Assembly (NCBI GenBank): GCA_963825525.1
Contig: CAWGTN010000001.1
Location: 192,001 to 256,000 of the forward strand
Direction: 5' to 3'
DNA: 64,000 bases
Source of the DNA: an uncultured Chloroflexia bacterium
Lineage (GTDB): Bacteria > Chloroflexota > Limnocylindria > QHBO01
Position numbers and translations under genes: made by a program. A model generated the notes under the pieces. That model made no database searches and was not told the DNA's origin. It saw nothing but the letters and a program-made list of their open reading frames with translations. Numbering within the stretch: position 1 is the first letter of the stretch; every line of letters starts with the position of its first letter. Positions 9,322-18,231 of this stretch are shown here, piece after piece.

Positions 9322-10352
9322 GCGTCATCCACCGCATCCGGCTGCCGGCCGGCGCCGCACCGATGGTCGAGCCGGGCCATCGCGTCGAGCCCGCCGAGGT
9401 GCTCGCAACGCGGCGAACGCCGCGCGGCGGCCTGGCGCTGCCGATTGCCGGTCCACTGCGCCGTTCGGCGTCGTCCGCCGCCGCCTGCATCGTGGTGCGT
9501 CCCGGGGCGTCGCTCGAGGCCGGCGCGATCCTGGCGGACGATGGTCGTGGCCGGCAGGTGAAGGTCACGGAGGCGTGCATTCTGCTCGGATACGATCGCG
9601 ACGACGGTACCGCGCTGGTCGCACCGCTCAGCGGCAGTGAGCCGGTCGTGGGGCACGTGCGCGGCGAGGTGGTGTCCCTGGAGCCGGATGCGGTCGAGCT
9701 GCGGGTCGACGGCGCGCTGGTCACCGGAGTCGGTGGGTCCGGCAATGCGGTGCACGGCGAGCTCCGCGTAGCCGTCCACGATCCGGGCGACGAGCTGCGG
9801 GCCGGCGCGATCGACATCGGCGCCACGGGACGCATCCTGGTCGGCGGCTCGCGGGCATCGGCGGAGACACTCACCCGGGCACGAGCCATGGGGGTCGCGG
9901 GCATCGTGCTCGGCGGCATCCTCGACAAAGAGCTGCGCGACTTCGAGACGACGCAGCGGCGCAGGAGGGAGATCGGAGGCGTGCGGGGCGATTTCGCCGT
10001 GCTGCTCCTCGAAGGCTACGGCAAGGTCGGACTGGATCCGGGGCTCTTCGACTGGTTCAGGCGGCACGACGGGCACCTGGCAAGCCTGTTCGGCGCCGAT
10101 GCAAGGCTGTACGTGTACGACGCCGATCCACCGCCGATGCGCCGGATGCTCGCGCGTCCGGGCGACCGGGTGCTCGCCCATCGCCGGCCGCATGCCGGCC
10201 AGACCGGGGAGCTGATTCGCATCCTGGACGAGCTCCATGCATTCCCATCCGGGGTGGTGGCGCGAGGGGCCCTGGTCAGGTTCGACGATGGCCAGTCGGC
10301 GATGATCCCGCTGGCCAATCTCGAGGCCACGGAACCCCGCCCGGGCGCGTGA
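9318..10352 (+). CDS. Hypothetical soluble protein with barrel-sandwich-hybrid repeats and C-terminal SH3/KOW-like domain
   Basis: ATGA overlap; VEPGHRVEPAEVLA and VRPGASLEAGAILA half-motifs; VAGIVLGGI, LLLEGYGK; PGDRVLAHRRPHAGQTG...IPLANLE. Confidence 0.75.
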   Translation: MSVIHRIRLPAGAAPMVEPGHRVEPAEVLATRRTPRGGLALPIAGPLRRSASSAAACIVVRPGASLEAGAILADDGRGRQVKVTEACILLGYDRDDGTALVAPLSGSEPVVGHVRGEVVSLEPDAVELRVDGALVTGVGGSGNAVHGELRVAVHDPGDELRAGAIDIGATGRILVGGSRASAETLTRARAMGVAGIVLGGILDKELRDFETTQRRRREIGGVRGDFAVLLLEGYGKVGLDPGLFDWFRRHDGHLASLFGADARLYVYDADPPPMRRMLARPGDRVLAHRRPHAGQTGELIRILDELHAFPSGVVARGALVRFDDGQSAMIPLANLEATEPRPGA

Positions 10353-10364
10353 GCGCTGCGTTCC

Positions 10365-10370
10365 TATACT
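10365..10370 (+). promoter_or_regulatory. -10 element TATACT, leaderless tsaE promoter
   Basis: TATACT 7 nt before ATG 10378; no SD. Confidence 0.6.
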
Positions 10371-10377
10371 TCCCCGA

Positions 10378-10875
10378 ATGGAGCAGTCGACCGTGCGGCC
10401 CTCGGCCGCGGGCTCCCGGGTGAGCACCGGGGCTGACGAAACGCAGGAGATCGGACGCCGCATCGGGGAGCTGGCGCCGGCCTCGACCGTGCTGGCCCTC
10501 ATCGGGGCGCTGGGTGCCGGCAAGACCCAGCTGGCCAAGGGCGTGGCGCGCGGTCTGGAGATCACGGGGGTCGTCAATAGCCCGACGTTCATCCTCATGA
10601 ACGAGCATGTCGGCCGGCTGCGGATGTATCACATCGACGCGTATCGGCTCGCCGAGCCCGAGGAGGCGGTGGCGGCGGGGCTGCTCGACGACCGTCAGGC
10701 GGACGGCATCACGGTGATCGAGTGGGCCGATCGTCTCGACGGATGGCTGCCGAACGAGCGCCTCGAGATTCGCTTGCAGGCGCGACCGGGCGAGCCCGAG
10801 CACCGCGAGCTGCACTGGCGCGCCATCGGCGAGGCACATGCCCGCCTGGCGACGGAATCCCTCGGCGCGCCATGA
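10378..10875 (+). CDS. tsaE: tRNA threonylcarbamoyladenosine biosynthesis ATPase
   Basis: GALGAGKT Walker A, NSPTFILMNE, YHIDAYRL, VIEWA. Confidence 0.96.
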   Translation: MEQSTVRPSAAGSRVSTGADETQEIGRRIGELAPASTVLALIGALGAGKTQLAKGVARGLEITGVVNSPTFILMNEHVGRLRMYHIDAYRLAEPEEAVAAGLLDDRQADGITVIEWADRLDGWLPNERLEIRLQARPGEPEHRELHWRAIGEAHARLATESLGAP

Positions 10876-11498
10876 TCATCGCCTTCGACGGTGCGTCAAC
10901 CGACCTCTCGATCGCGCTTGCCGAGCCTGGCGGCGCTCCGATTGCCGATGTCGCATGGAGCAGCGCACACCGGCAGTCGGCCGAGCTCCTGCCGCGGCTC
11001 CTCGCACTGCTCGATGACGCGGAGCGAACGCTGCCGGAGACGACGGCGATCGCCGTGGGCGTCGGCCCGGGATCGTTCACCGGCCTCCGCGTGGCCGTCG
11101 CGCTGGCCAAGGGCCTCGCAAGCGGGCTTCGCGTGCCGATCTTCGGCGTGCCGAGCCTCGTGGCCTGGCTCGCCGCGGATTCCTCTGCGTCAGCCGCCAT
11201 CGCTCGTGCCGGCGCGAGGGACGCGTACGTGCTGGCACGTGGGGAAGAGGCCCCGCTCATCACCGACGCGGCCGACCTCGGGACGTGGCAGGGGGTCGTC
11301 GCACCGGCCGACGTTGCGGGGGCGTTCGGGCTGGTCCACGCTCGCTCGCCGCGAGCCGCGGCCGCGATCGCAGCACAGGCCGCGACCCGGATGCGGCAGG
11401 ACCCTGCCGGTGATGACCTTGGGGCCCTGGAGCCGCTCTACCTGCGCGGCCCGCGCGGGGTCGCGGTCGAGAGCCAGGAGCGCGTTCGATGGCTCTGA
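10872..11498 (+). CDS. tsaB: tRNA threonylcarbamoyladenosine biosynthesis protein TsaB
   Basis: ATG 10872; IAVGVGPGSFTGLRVAVALAKGL, LEPLYLR. Confidence 0.93.
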   Translation: MIIAFDGASTDLSIALAEPGGAPIADVAWSSAHRQSAELLPRLLALLDDAERTLPETTAIAVGVGPGSFTGLRVAVALAKGLASGLRVPIFGVPSLVAWLAADSSASAAIARAGARDAYVLARGEEAPLITDAADLGTWQGVVAPADVAGAFGLVHARSPRAAAAIAAQAATRMRQDPAGDDLGALEPLYLRGPRGVAVESQERVRWL

Positions 11499-12001
11499 CC
11501 GCGCGCGTGGTGGTCGACCCGATGCGCATGGACGACGTCGCGGCGGTCCATGAGATCGAGCGGCTGAGCTTCAGGACGCCGTGGCCGGCCTACGCATTCG
11601 AGCAGGAGCTGCGTGCCAATCGGCTGGCCCGCTACATCGTGGCGCGAGCGGGTGATCGGATCGTGGGGTTTGCCGGCATCTGGATGATGGTCGACGAGGC
11701 CCATGTGACGACGTTCGGAGTCCATCCCGATTGGCGACGCCAGGCGATCGGGCGTCAGCTGCTGTTGAACCTCGTCGAGCTGGCGGACAGCATCGGGGCG
11801 CGCCGCATGACCCTCGAGGTCCGAGAGTCAAATGTCGCGGCCCAGGCGCTCTACCAACGCTTCGGGTTCGAGGTCGTGGGCCGTCGGAAGGCGTACTACA
11901 GCGACGATGGCGAGGATGCACTGGTCATGACCACGCCGGCTCTCGGCGAGGCCGGCATGCGGGCCACGGTCGCCATCGAACGCGAGCGCCTGGCCGGATG
12001 A
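11489..12001 (+). CDS. rimI: Ribosomal protein S18 alanine N-acetyltransferase
   Basis: IERLSFRTPW, GVHPDWRRQAIG, TLEVRESN..AQALY..FGF...GRRKAYYSD..EDALVM; context. Confidence 0.93.
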   Translation: MALTARVVVDPMRMDDVAAVHEIERLSFRTPWPAYAFEQELRANRLARYIVARAGDRIVGFAGIWMMVDEAHVTTFGVHPDWRRQAIGRQLLLNLVELADSIGARRMTLEVRESNVAAQALYQRFGFEVVGRRKAYYSDDGEDALVMTTPALGEAGMRATVAIERERLAG

Positions 12002-13041
12002 GCGCGCCCCGGATCCTGGCCATCGAGTCATCCTGTGACGAGACCGGCGTGGCGGTGGTGGTCGGTGGTCGGCGGATCGAGGCCAACCAGGTAGCGACGC
12101 AGGTGGCGCTCCACGCCCAGACCGGGGGGATCGTGCCCGAGGTCGCCGCCCGTCAGCAGCTGCGCTGGATCATTCCCACCCTCGATGCGGCACTGGCGGA
12201 GGCCGATGCGGACTGGGGCCAGATCGACGCGGTGGCCGTGACCTTCGGGCCGGGCCTCATCGGATCCCTGCTGGTCGGCGTCAACGTCGCCAAGGCGCTG
12301 GCCATCACCCACGACCTGCCCCTCATCGGGGTCAACCACATCGAGGGCCACATCTATGCCAACTGGCTCAGCGACGCCGCCGCCGGCTCGCCGCTCCCCG
12401 ATGAGCCCGAGTTTCCGCTCCTGTGCCTGGTGGTCAGCGGCGGGCATACCCAGCTCGTGCTGATGCGTGACCACGGGCGCTACACACTGCTGGGTCAGAC
12501 GGTGGACGATGCCGCGGGCGAGGCCTTCGACAAGGTCGGGCGCCTGCTCGATCTGCCGTACCCGGGCGGGCCGGCCATCAGCGCCGCGGCCGAGGGAGCC
12601 ACCGCCGTCACGCGCTTCCCCCGTGCGCGGACGGCCGGTCCGTACGACTTCAGCTTCTCGGGATTGAAGACCGCGGTGCTGCGCGAGGTGGAGGGGTACC
12701 GGGAGCGCGGTGAGCCGATCCCGGTTGACGGCATCGCCGCCGCGTTCGAGGAGGCAGTGGTCGACGCACTGGCCACGAAGACGCTCGCCGCCGCGCGCGA
12801 TCACGGCGTGGCGACCGTCGCAATGGGCGGTGGAGTCGCCGCGAACCGGGCGCTGCGGGCGACCCTGGACGAGCGCCTGCGCTCGGAGGGGCTGTCACTC
12901 CGAGTTCCGCGCCCGGCGTGGTGCACGGACAATGGCGCCATGATCGGCGCCGCGGCCGGCTTCCGATACGCCGCCGGCGAACGTTCGGACGCCGCGCTCG
13001 AGGCCGTCCCGAACCTTGCCCTTGAATGGACCCAGGGGTGA
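11998..13041 (+). CDS. tsaD: tRNA N6-adenosine threonylcarbamoyltransferase
   Basis: ILAIESSCDETG, GGIVPEVAAR, VNHIEGH, VSGGHT, DDAAGEAFDKV, FSFSGLKT, CTDNGAMI. Confidence 0.97.
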   Translation: MSAPRILAIESSCDETGVAVVVGGRRIEANQVATQVALHAQTGGIVPEVAARQQLRWIIPTLDAALAEADADWGQIDAVAVTFGPGLIGSLLVGVNVAKALAITHDLPLIGVNHIEGHIYANWLSDAAAGSPLPDEPEFPLLCLVVSGGHTQLVLMRDHGRYTLLGQTVDDAAGEAFDKVGRLLDLPYPGGPAISAAAEGATAVTRFPRARTAGPYDFSFSGLKTAVLREVEGYRERGEPIPVDGIAAAFEEAVVDALATKTLAAARDHGVATVAMGGGVAANRALRATLDERLRSEGLSLRVPRPAWCTDNGAMIGAAAGFRYAAGERSDAALEAVPNLALEWTQG

Positions 13042-13907
13042 GCGACCCGCTTGCCCCGGACCGTCTCGTTCCGCCAACGCCCGGTCAGCTCCGGCGCCTC
13101 ATGGGTGCGGAGCGACTCAGGCCACGAAAGAGCCTGAGCCAGAACTTCCTCACCGACCCGGAAGCACTCGACGCGATCGTCGCGGCCGCGGAACTGGAGC
13201 CTGGCGACAACGTGGTCGAGATCGGTCCCGGCCTCGGAGTGCTCACCCGTCGTCTGCTGGCGGCGGGAGCATCGGTCCTTGCCGTCGAGGTGGATCCGCG
13301 CCTGGCCGAGTACCTGCGACGCGAGCTGTACGCGGTCGAACGATTCGAGCTCATCGAGGCCGATGCGCTGTCGCTTCACGCCCGCGAGATGTTCCCCGGC
13401 CAGCCATTCAAGGTGGTGGCCAACATCCCGTACCACATCACGAGTCCACTGCTGCATGCCGTGCTGGAAGGCGACCGGCCGCCGGAGCTGGTCGTGATCC
13501 TGGTCCAGCTGGAGGTCGCCGAGCGGGTTGCCGCTCCACCGGGCCGCATGAGCTACCTGTCGGTCTTCGCGCAGAACGTGGCAACGGCCGAGGTCGTGGC
13601 CCGCGTCCCGGCATCGGCGTTCGAACCCGCCCCGGATGTCGACTCCGCCGTGCTGCGCCTTCGACGCCGCGCCGACCCCGCAGTGCCGGTGGGGCCGGGC
13701 CGCGAGCCGTTCTATCGCGTGGTGCAGGCCGGCTTTCGCCAGCGCCGCAAGCAGGTGCACAACGGGCTGTCGCGTGAGCTGCCGTTCGACCGCGAAGTGA
13801 CCGACGCGGCGCTGGCGGCATGTGGCGTGGACCAGGAGCGCCGTCCGCAGACGCTGACCGTCGACGAGTGGGCGTGCCTGGCAGACCGATTGGGGCCGAT
13901 GGCGTGA
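13038..13907 (+). CDS. rsmA: 16S rRNA m6,2A dimethyltransferase
   Basis: KSLSQNFL, VVEIGPGLGVLT, VVANIPYHITSP, GFRQRRK; start 13038 (GTGA overlap) or 13026. Confidence 0.96.
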   Translation: MSDPLAPDRLVPPTPGQLRRLMGAERLRPRKSLSQNFLTDPEALDAIVAAAELEPGDNVVEIGPGLGVLTRRLLAAGASVLAVEVDPRLAEYLRRELYAVERFELIEADALSLHAREMFPGQPFKVVANIPYHITSPLLHAVLEGDRPPELVVILVQLEVAERVAAPPGRMSYLSVFAQNVATAEVVARVPASAFEPAPDVDSAVLRLRRRADPAVPVGPGREPFYRVVQAGFRQRRKQVHNGLSRELPFDREVTDAALAACGVDQERRPQTLTVDEWACLADRLGPMA

Positions 13908-14728
13908 ACGCCGTCCTCAGATTGGCGGCACCGGCGAAGCTCAACCTGCGACTGAAGGTCACCGGCCGTCGATCGGACGGCTACCACCTGCTCGAGAGCA
14001 CCTTCGTGCTGCTCGAGCTGTCCGACACGCTCGAGGTCCGACCGGGCGCGGGGACCCTCGTCATCGACGGCCCCCTGTCCTCGGGCATGCCGGCGGGAGC
14101 CGCGAACCTCGCGTGGCGCGGACTCAGCGAGGCGCTCGGGCACGGCAGCGCAGCCGTGAGCCTGAACCTACACAAGCGCATTCCGGCGGCAGCGGGATTG
14201 GGTGGTGGCTCGTCGGATGCGGCGGCTGCATGGCGGCTCGGCCGGGCGTGGAAGGGCATGCCGGACGCTCCCGGACCGCAGGAGCTCGCGTCGCTGGCAG
14301 CCATCGGCGCCGACGTCCCATTTTTCGCGGCCGCCACGCCGGCCGCCACGGTCACCGGCATCGGCGAGACCGTCGAGCCCATCCCACCCAGCGTTCATCA
14401 CGTGGTGCTCGTGCACCCGCCGTTCGGCCTGGCGACGGCCGCCGTCTTCGGTGAGCTGCGGCCGGATGAGTGGGGGAGTCTCGAGAATGATCTGCTGGCG
14501 CCGGCCCGAAGGCTGCGCCCGGAGCTCCATGACCTGTTCGGCCTGATCACCGCGGCCGGCGGGCATCCGCGGCTCACCGGCTCGGGTAGCACGATCTTCA
14601 GCCTGGCGAATGACCGGCTCACGGCAACCGAGCTCGCAGAACGCCTTGGCGACGACGGCCTCCGCGCCACCGTGACCCGGACGCGCCGCGCAGCCGCTAG
14701 CATCGAGCGCATCAATGGAAATGAGTGA
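13904..14728 (+). CDS. ispE: 4-diphosphocytidyl-2-C-methyl-D-erythritol kinase
   Basis: APAKLNLRL..TGRRSDGYH, KRIPAAAGLGGGSSDAA, GADVPFF, LTGSGS. Confidence 0.94.
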   Translation: MNAVLRLAAPAKLNLRLKVTGRRSDGYHLLESTFVLLELSDTLEVRPGAGTLVIDGPLSSGMPAGAANLAWRGLSEALGHGSAAVSLNLHKRIPAAAGLGGGSSDAAAAWRLGRAWKGMPDAPGPQELASLAAIGADVPFFAAATPAATVTGIGETVEPIPPSVHHVVLVHPPFGLATAAVFGELRPDEWGSLENDLLAPARRLRPELHDLFGLITAAGGHPRLTGSGSTIFSLANDRLTATELAERLGDDGLRATVTRTRRAAASIERINGNE

Positions 14729-14735
14729 GGACTCG

Positions 14736-15122
14736 ATGCGCGAAGCGATCAGCACCGACGCCGCTCCGGCGGCAGCCGGCCCCTACAGCCAGGCCATTCG
14801 CACCGGGGAACTGGTCTTCAGTGCCGGGCAGCTGGGCCTGGACCCGGTTAGCGGCGAGTTCGTGGCGGGAGGGGTTGCCGGGCAGGCCGAGCGCGCGCTC
14901 CAGAGCCTCGACGCCATCCTCCAGGCCGCGGGCTCGGGGCTTGACCGACTGGTCAAGGTGACCGTCTACCTTGCCGATATCAGCGACTGGTCGGCGGTCA
15001 ACGAGGTCTACGCCCGCATGATCCCTGAGCCATTCCCGGCTCGGAGCGCATTCGCGGTCCGAGACCTGCCCAAGGGTGCGCTGGTCGAGATCGAAGCCAT
15101 CGCGACGACGGCGGCCGGTTGA
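14736..15122 (+). CDS. ridA: RidA family reactive-intermediate deaminase
   Basis: APAAAGPYSQA, SAGQLG, FPARSAFAV..LPKGALVEIEAIA; start may be 14721. Confidence 0.92.
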   Translation: MREAISTDAAPAAAGPYSQAIRTGELVFSAGQLGLDPVSGEFVAGGVAGQAERALQSLDAILQAAGSGLDRLVKVTVYLADISDWSAVNEVYARMIPEPFPARSAFAVRDLPKGALVEIEAIATTAAG

Positions 15123-15156
15123 CGCTCCGACAAGGCCGCCCCTACCATCGGCGAAC

Positions 15157-16608
15157 GTGTCTGCACAACTGACTGCCCCCGCTGCCATCGTCCTGGCCGC
15201 GGGCCAGGGCACCCGCATGCGCTCTCGCATCCCGAAGGTGCTGCATCCGCTCGCCGGCCTTCCCATGATCGAGCACGTACTCGACGCGTTGCGCGGCGCC
15301 GGAGTCGATCGCCCGGTGGTGGTCACCGGTCACGGAGCGGATGCCGTCGAGGCTGTGGTTCGAGACCGTGCGACGACGGTCCGCCAGGAGCCGCAACTCG
15401 GAACCGCGGACGCCGTCCGGGTCGGATTGTCGGTGCTTGACGTCGGGGCCACCGAGGTCCTCGTGACCATGGGTGACGTGCCGCTCCAATCCGTGGATCT
15501 CTACGCGGACCTCGTTGCCGAGCGCCAACGCGCGGACGCCGCGATCACGCTGGCCACCACTCGGCGTGCCGACCCCACCGGCTACGGCCGCATCGTTCGT
15601 GACACCGCGGGCGAGGTCTCGAAGATCGTCGAGGAACGGGACGCCGATGATGCGACCCGCCGCCTCACCGAGGTCAACGTCGGGACGTACGCGTTCGACA
15701 CCGCCTGGCTGCGGACACGTATCGATCGGGTCGGGGTGTCGGACTCCGGTGAGCGCTACCTGACCGACCTTGTCGCGCTGGCCGTCGCCGAGCACCGGGC
15801 CGTCCGCACCGTCGAGGTCCGCGACGCGGACGACACCATGGGCATCAACGACCGCGTGATGCTCGCCGCGGCCGAGGAGCGGATGCGTGGCCGAATCACG
15901 GAACGACACATGCGCAACGGCGTGACGATCGTCGATCCGGCCACGACCCGCATCGACGCGGCCGTCGAGATCGAGCAGGACGTCAGGATCGAGCCGTGGA
16001 CCATTCTCGAGGGTCGGACGACGGTCGCCAGAGACGCGATCATCGGACCCAACACGCACGTCCGCGACAGTCGAGTCGGGGAACGGAGCCGCGTGTGGGC
16101 GAGCGTGCTCGAGGAGGCGGCGGTGGCAGAGGACGTGCAGATCGGACCCTTCGCGCACCTGCGCCCGGGCGCCGACGTGGGTGCTCGGTGCCGGATCGGC
16201 AATTTCGCCGAGATCAAGCGGAGCCGCCTGGGGGCGGGGACCCAGCAGCACCATTTCAGCTATATCGGCGATGCGGAGGTCGGGGAGAACGTCAATATCG
16301 GCGCGGGAGCGGTCACCGCGAACTTCGATGGGCAGGCCAAGCACCGCACGGCGGTCGGGGATCGTGCCAAGATCGGCGTCTCGACCATGATGGTGGCGCC
16401 GGTCACGATCGGTGAGGGCGCCACGACCGGGGCCGGGGCTGTCGTGACGCGCGACGTCGCGCCCGGCAAGACGGTGGTCGGGATGCCCGCCCGGCCGATC
16501 GAGCTTCGTCGGCGCTCCGTCGCGCCGAAGGATGGCGAAGCGCAACATGTCGCCGACGCGGCGCCCGTCCCGACCGGGACGGATCGGAACTCGCAGGGAG
16601 GCGGATAG
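15157..16608 (+). CDS. glmU: Bifunctional UDP-GlcNAc pyrophosphorylase / GlcN-1-P acetyltransferase
   Basis: LAAGQGTRMRS..PKVLH, QLGTADAV, GYGRIVR, hexapeptide repeats, IGPFAHLRPG; -10 TACCAT 8 nt before GTG 15157. Confidence 0.97.
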   Translation: MSAQLTAPAAIVLAAGQGTRMRSRIPKVLHPLAGLPMIEHVLDALRGAGVDRPVVVTGHGADAVEAVVRDRATTVRQEPQLGTADAVRVGLSVLDVGATEVLVTMGDVPLQSVDLYADLVAERQRADAAITLATTRRADPTGYGRIVRDTAGEVSKIVEERDADDATRRLTEVNVGTYAFDTAWLRTRIDRVGVSDSGERYLTDLVALAVAEHRAVRTVEVRDADDTMGINDRVMLAAAEERMRGRITERHMRNGVTIVDPATTRIDAAVEIEQDVRIEPWTILEGRTTVARDAIIGPNTHVRDSRVGERSRVWASVLEEAAVAEDVQIGPFAHLRPGADVGARCRIGNFAEIKRSRLGAGTQQHHFSYIGDAEVGENVNIGAGAVTANFDGQAKHRTAVGDRAKIGVSTMMVAPVTIGEGATTGAGAVVTRDVAPGKTVVGMPARPIELRRRSVAPKDGEAQHVADAAPVPTGTDRNSQGGG

Positions 16609-16619
16609 AACACCGCCCA

Positions 16620-18032
16620 ATGGACGGTAGCAGTACCCCCGGCAACCCGGTCTTCGACCTCGCGGTTGTCGTCATTCTCATCCTCGTCGGCGGCTTCTTC
16701 GCGGCCAGCGAGATGGCACTCATCACGGTCAAGCGGCACCGTCTCGGCCAGCTGGCGGAGAGCGGCAACCGCTCGGCTCGCACGGCCCGGCGGCTGACCG
16801 ATGACCCAAGCCGGTTCCTTGCCACGATCCAGATCGCGATCACGTTCCTCGGCTTCCTCGCCGGCGCCATCGGCGCGAGTGCGTTCTCGATCCACCTGGC
16901 GGAGCTCATCGACGACATTCCGTGGACGCCCATCCAGGAAGCGGCCAACAGCATCGCCTTCGTGATCGTGACCCTCGTGATCGCGCTCGTCTCGATCATC
17001 ATCGGCGAGCTCGTGCCGAAGACGCTGGCGCTGAACTTCCCCGAGCGCCTGGCCCTGTTCGTCGCGACGCCCATCGGCTTCCTCCAGGGTCTGCTCTCGC
17101 CGATCGTGTGGGTCGTATCGCGCAGCAGCGCGCTCCTCGTCCGACTGCTGGGTGGGACCGAGAAGCCCCAGGGCGGCTATCTCTCGACCGAAGAGCTCAA
17201 GCTGCTGGTGGAGACAGGTTCGGAGCAGGGCGAGATCGAGGAAGAGGAGAAGGAGATGATCCACGGGGTCATCGAGCTCGGGGACAAGCGCGTCCACGAG
17301 GTCATGGTCCCGCGCATCGGCATCCGCGCCATCAACGTCGATGACACGCTCGACGAGGTGCTCGACATGATCATCGCGGCCGGCCACTCACGCCTGCCGG
17401 TCTTCGACGAGAGCCTCGACAACATCGTCGGCATCCTGTACGCCAAGGACCTCCTGCCGTACCTCAAGGGCAACGGCCGTGCCAACGGTCAGGTCGATAT
17501 CCGCGCGCTCGTCCGAGCACCGGTCTATGTCCCCGAATCGAAGCCGGTGGACGACCTGCTGCACGAGATGCAGGTGGCCAAGCGCCACATCGCCATCGTG
17601 GTGGACGAGTACGGTGGGACGGCGGGCCTGGTGACCATGGAGGACGTGGTCGAGGAGATCGTGGGAGAGATCCAGGACGAGTACGATTCCGAGGAGCCGA
17701 TGGTCGAGAACGTCTCGACCGAGGATACCGATGCGTTCCGCCTGGACGGGCGGGTCAGCATGGACGACCTGCGCGATCTGTTCGACCTGGGTGACGATGA
17801 TGAGCCCGACGAGGACGCCTACGACACCGTCGGCGGGTTCGTGGTGCACCGGGTGGGCCGCATCCCGCTGCCGGGAGCCGAAATCACCTTCCGCGACGGC
17901 GTGGACCTGCAGGTCGAGGCCGCCGAGCCTCGGCGCGTGGCACGGGTCCTGGCGTCCCGCCCACGGGCCGAATCGGCCCTGTCCGAGCAGGACTCGGCCG
18001 GATCAGCCGCCGACGGGCAGCCTTCCGCCTGA
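16620..18032 (+). CDS. Hemolysin/TlyC-family CNNM (DUF21)-CBS-CorC protein
   Basis: [71 protein letters not shown]. Confidence 0.93.
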   Translation: MDGSSTPGNPVFDLAVVVILILVGGFFAASEMALITVKRHRLGQLAESGNRSARTARRLTDDPSRFLATIQIAITFLGFLAGAIGASAFSIHLAELIDDIPWTPIQEAANSIAFVIVTLVIALVSIIIGELVPKTLALNFPERLALFVATPIGFLQGLLSPIVWVVSRSSALLVRLLGGTEKPQGGYLSTEELKLLVETGSEQGEIEEEEKEMIHGVIELGDKRVHEVMVPRIGIRAINVDDTLDEVLDMIIAAGHSRLPVFDESLDNIVGILYAKDLLPYLKGNGRANGQVDIRALVRAPVYVPESKPVDDLLHEMQVAKRHIAIVVDEYGGTAGLVTMEDVVEEIVGEIQDEYDSEEPMVENVSTEDTDAFRLDGRVSMDDLRDLFDLGDDDEPDEDAYDTVGGFVVHRVGRIPLPGAEITFRDGVDLQVEAAEPRRVARVLASRPRAESALSEQDSAGSAADGQPSA

Positions 18033-18043
18033 CCGACCGTCCG

Positions 18044-18223
18044 TCAGCGGTTGCGAAGCCAGATCGCGGAGTTCAGTGCGGTTGCGAAGCTGAGCCACGC
18101 CAGGTAGGGAAGCAGGAGCGCGTCCGCCACCCGATGGTGCCGGAAGATCGCGATCGTGGTGGCTTCGACGAGCCACATGGCGAGAATCTCGATCAGTGCC
18201 ACGCCCGGTGCGCGTGAGGCGCC
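18044..18223 (-). pseudogene. tspO: C-terminal remnant of a TspO/MBR family protein
   Basis: Minus strand reads GASRAPGVALIEILAMWLVEATTIAIFRHHRVADALLLPYLAWLSFATALNSAIWLRNR*, matching TspO TM4-TM5 (LxPYLAWxSFAxxLNxxIW); no room for the N-terminal part. Confidence 0.8.
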
Positions 18224-18231
18224 GCACGAAC

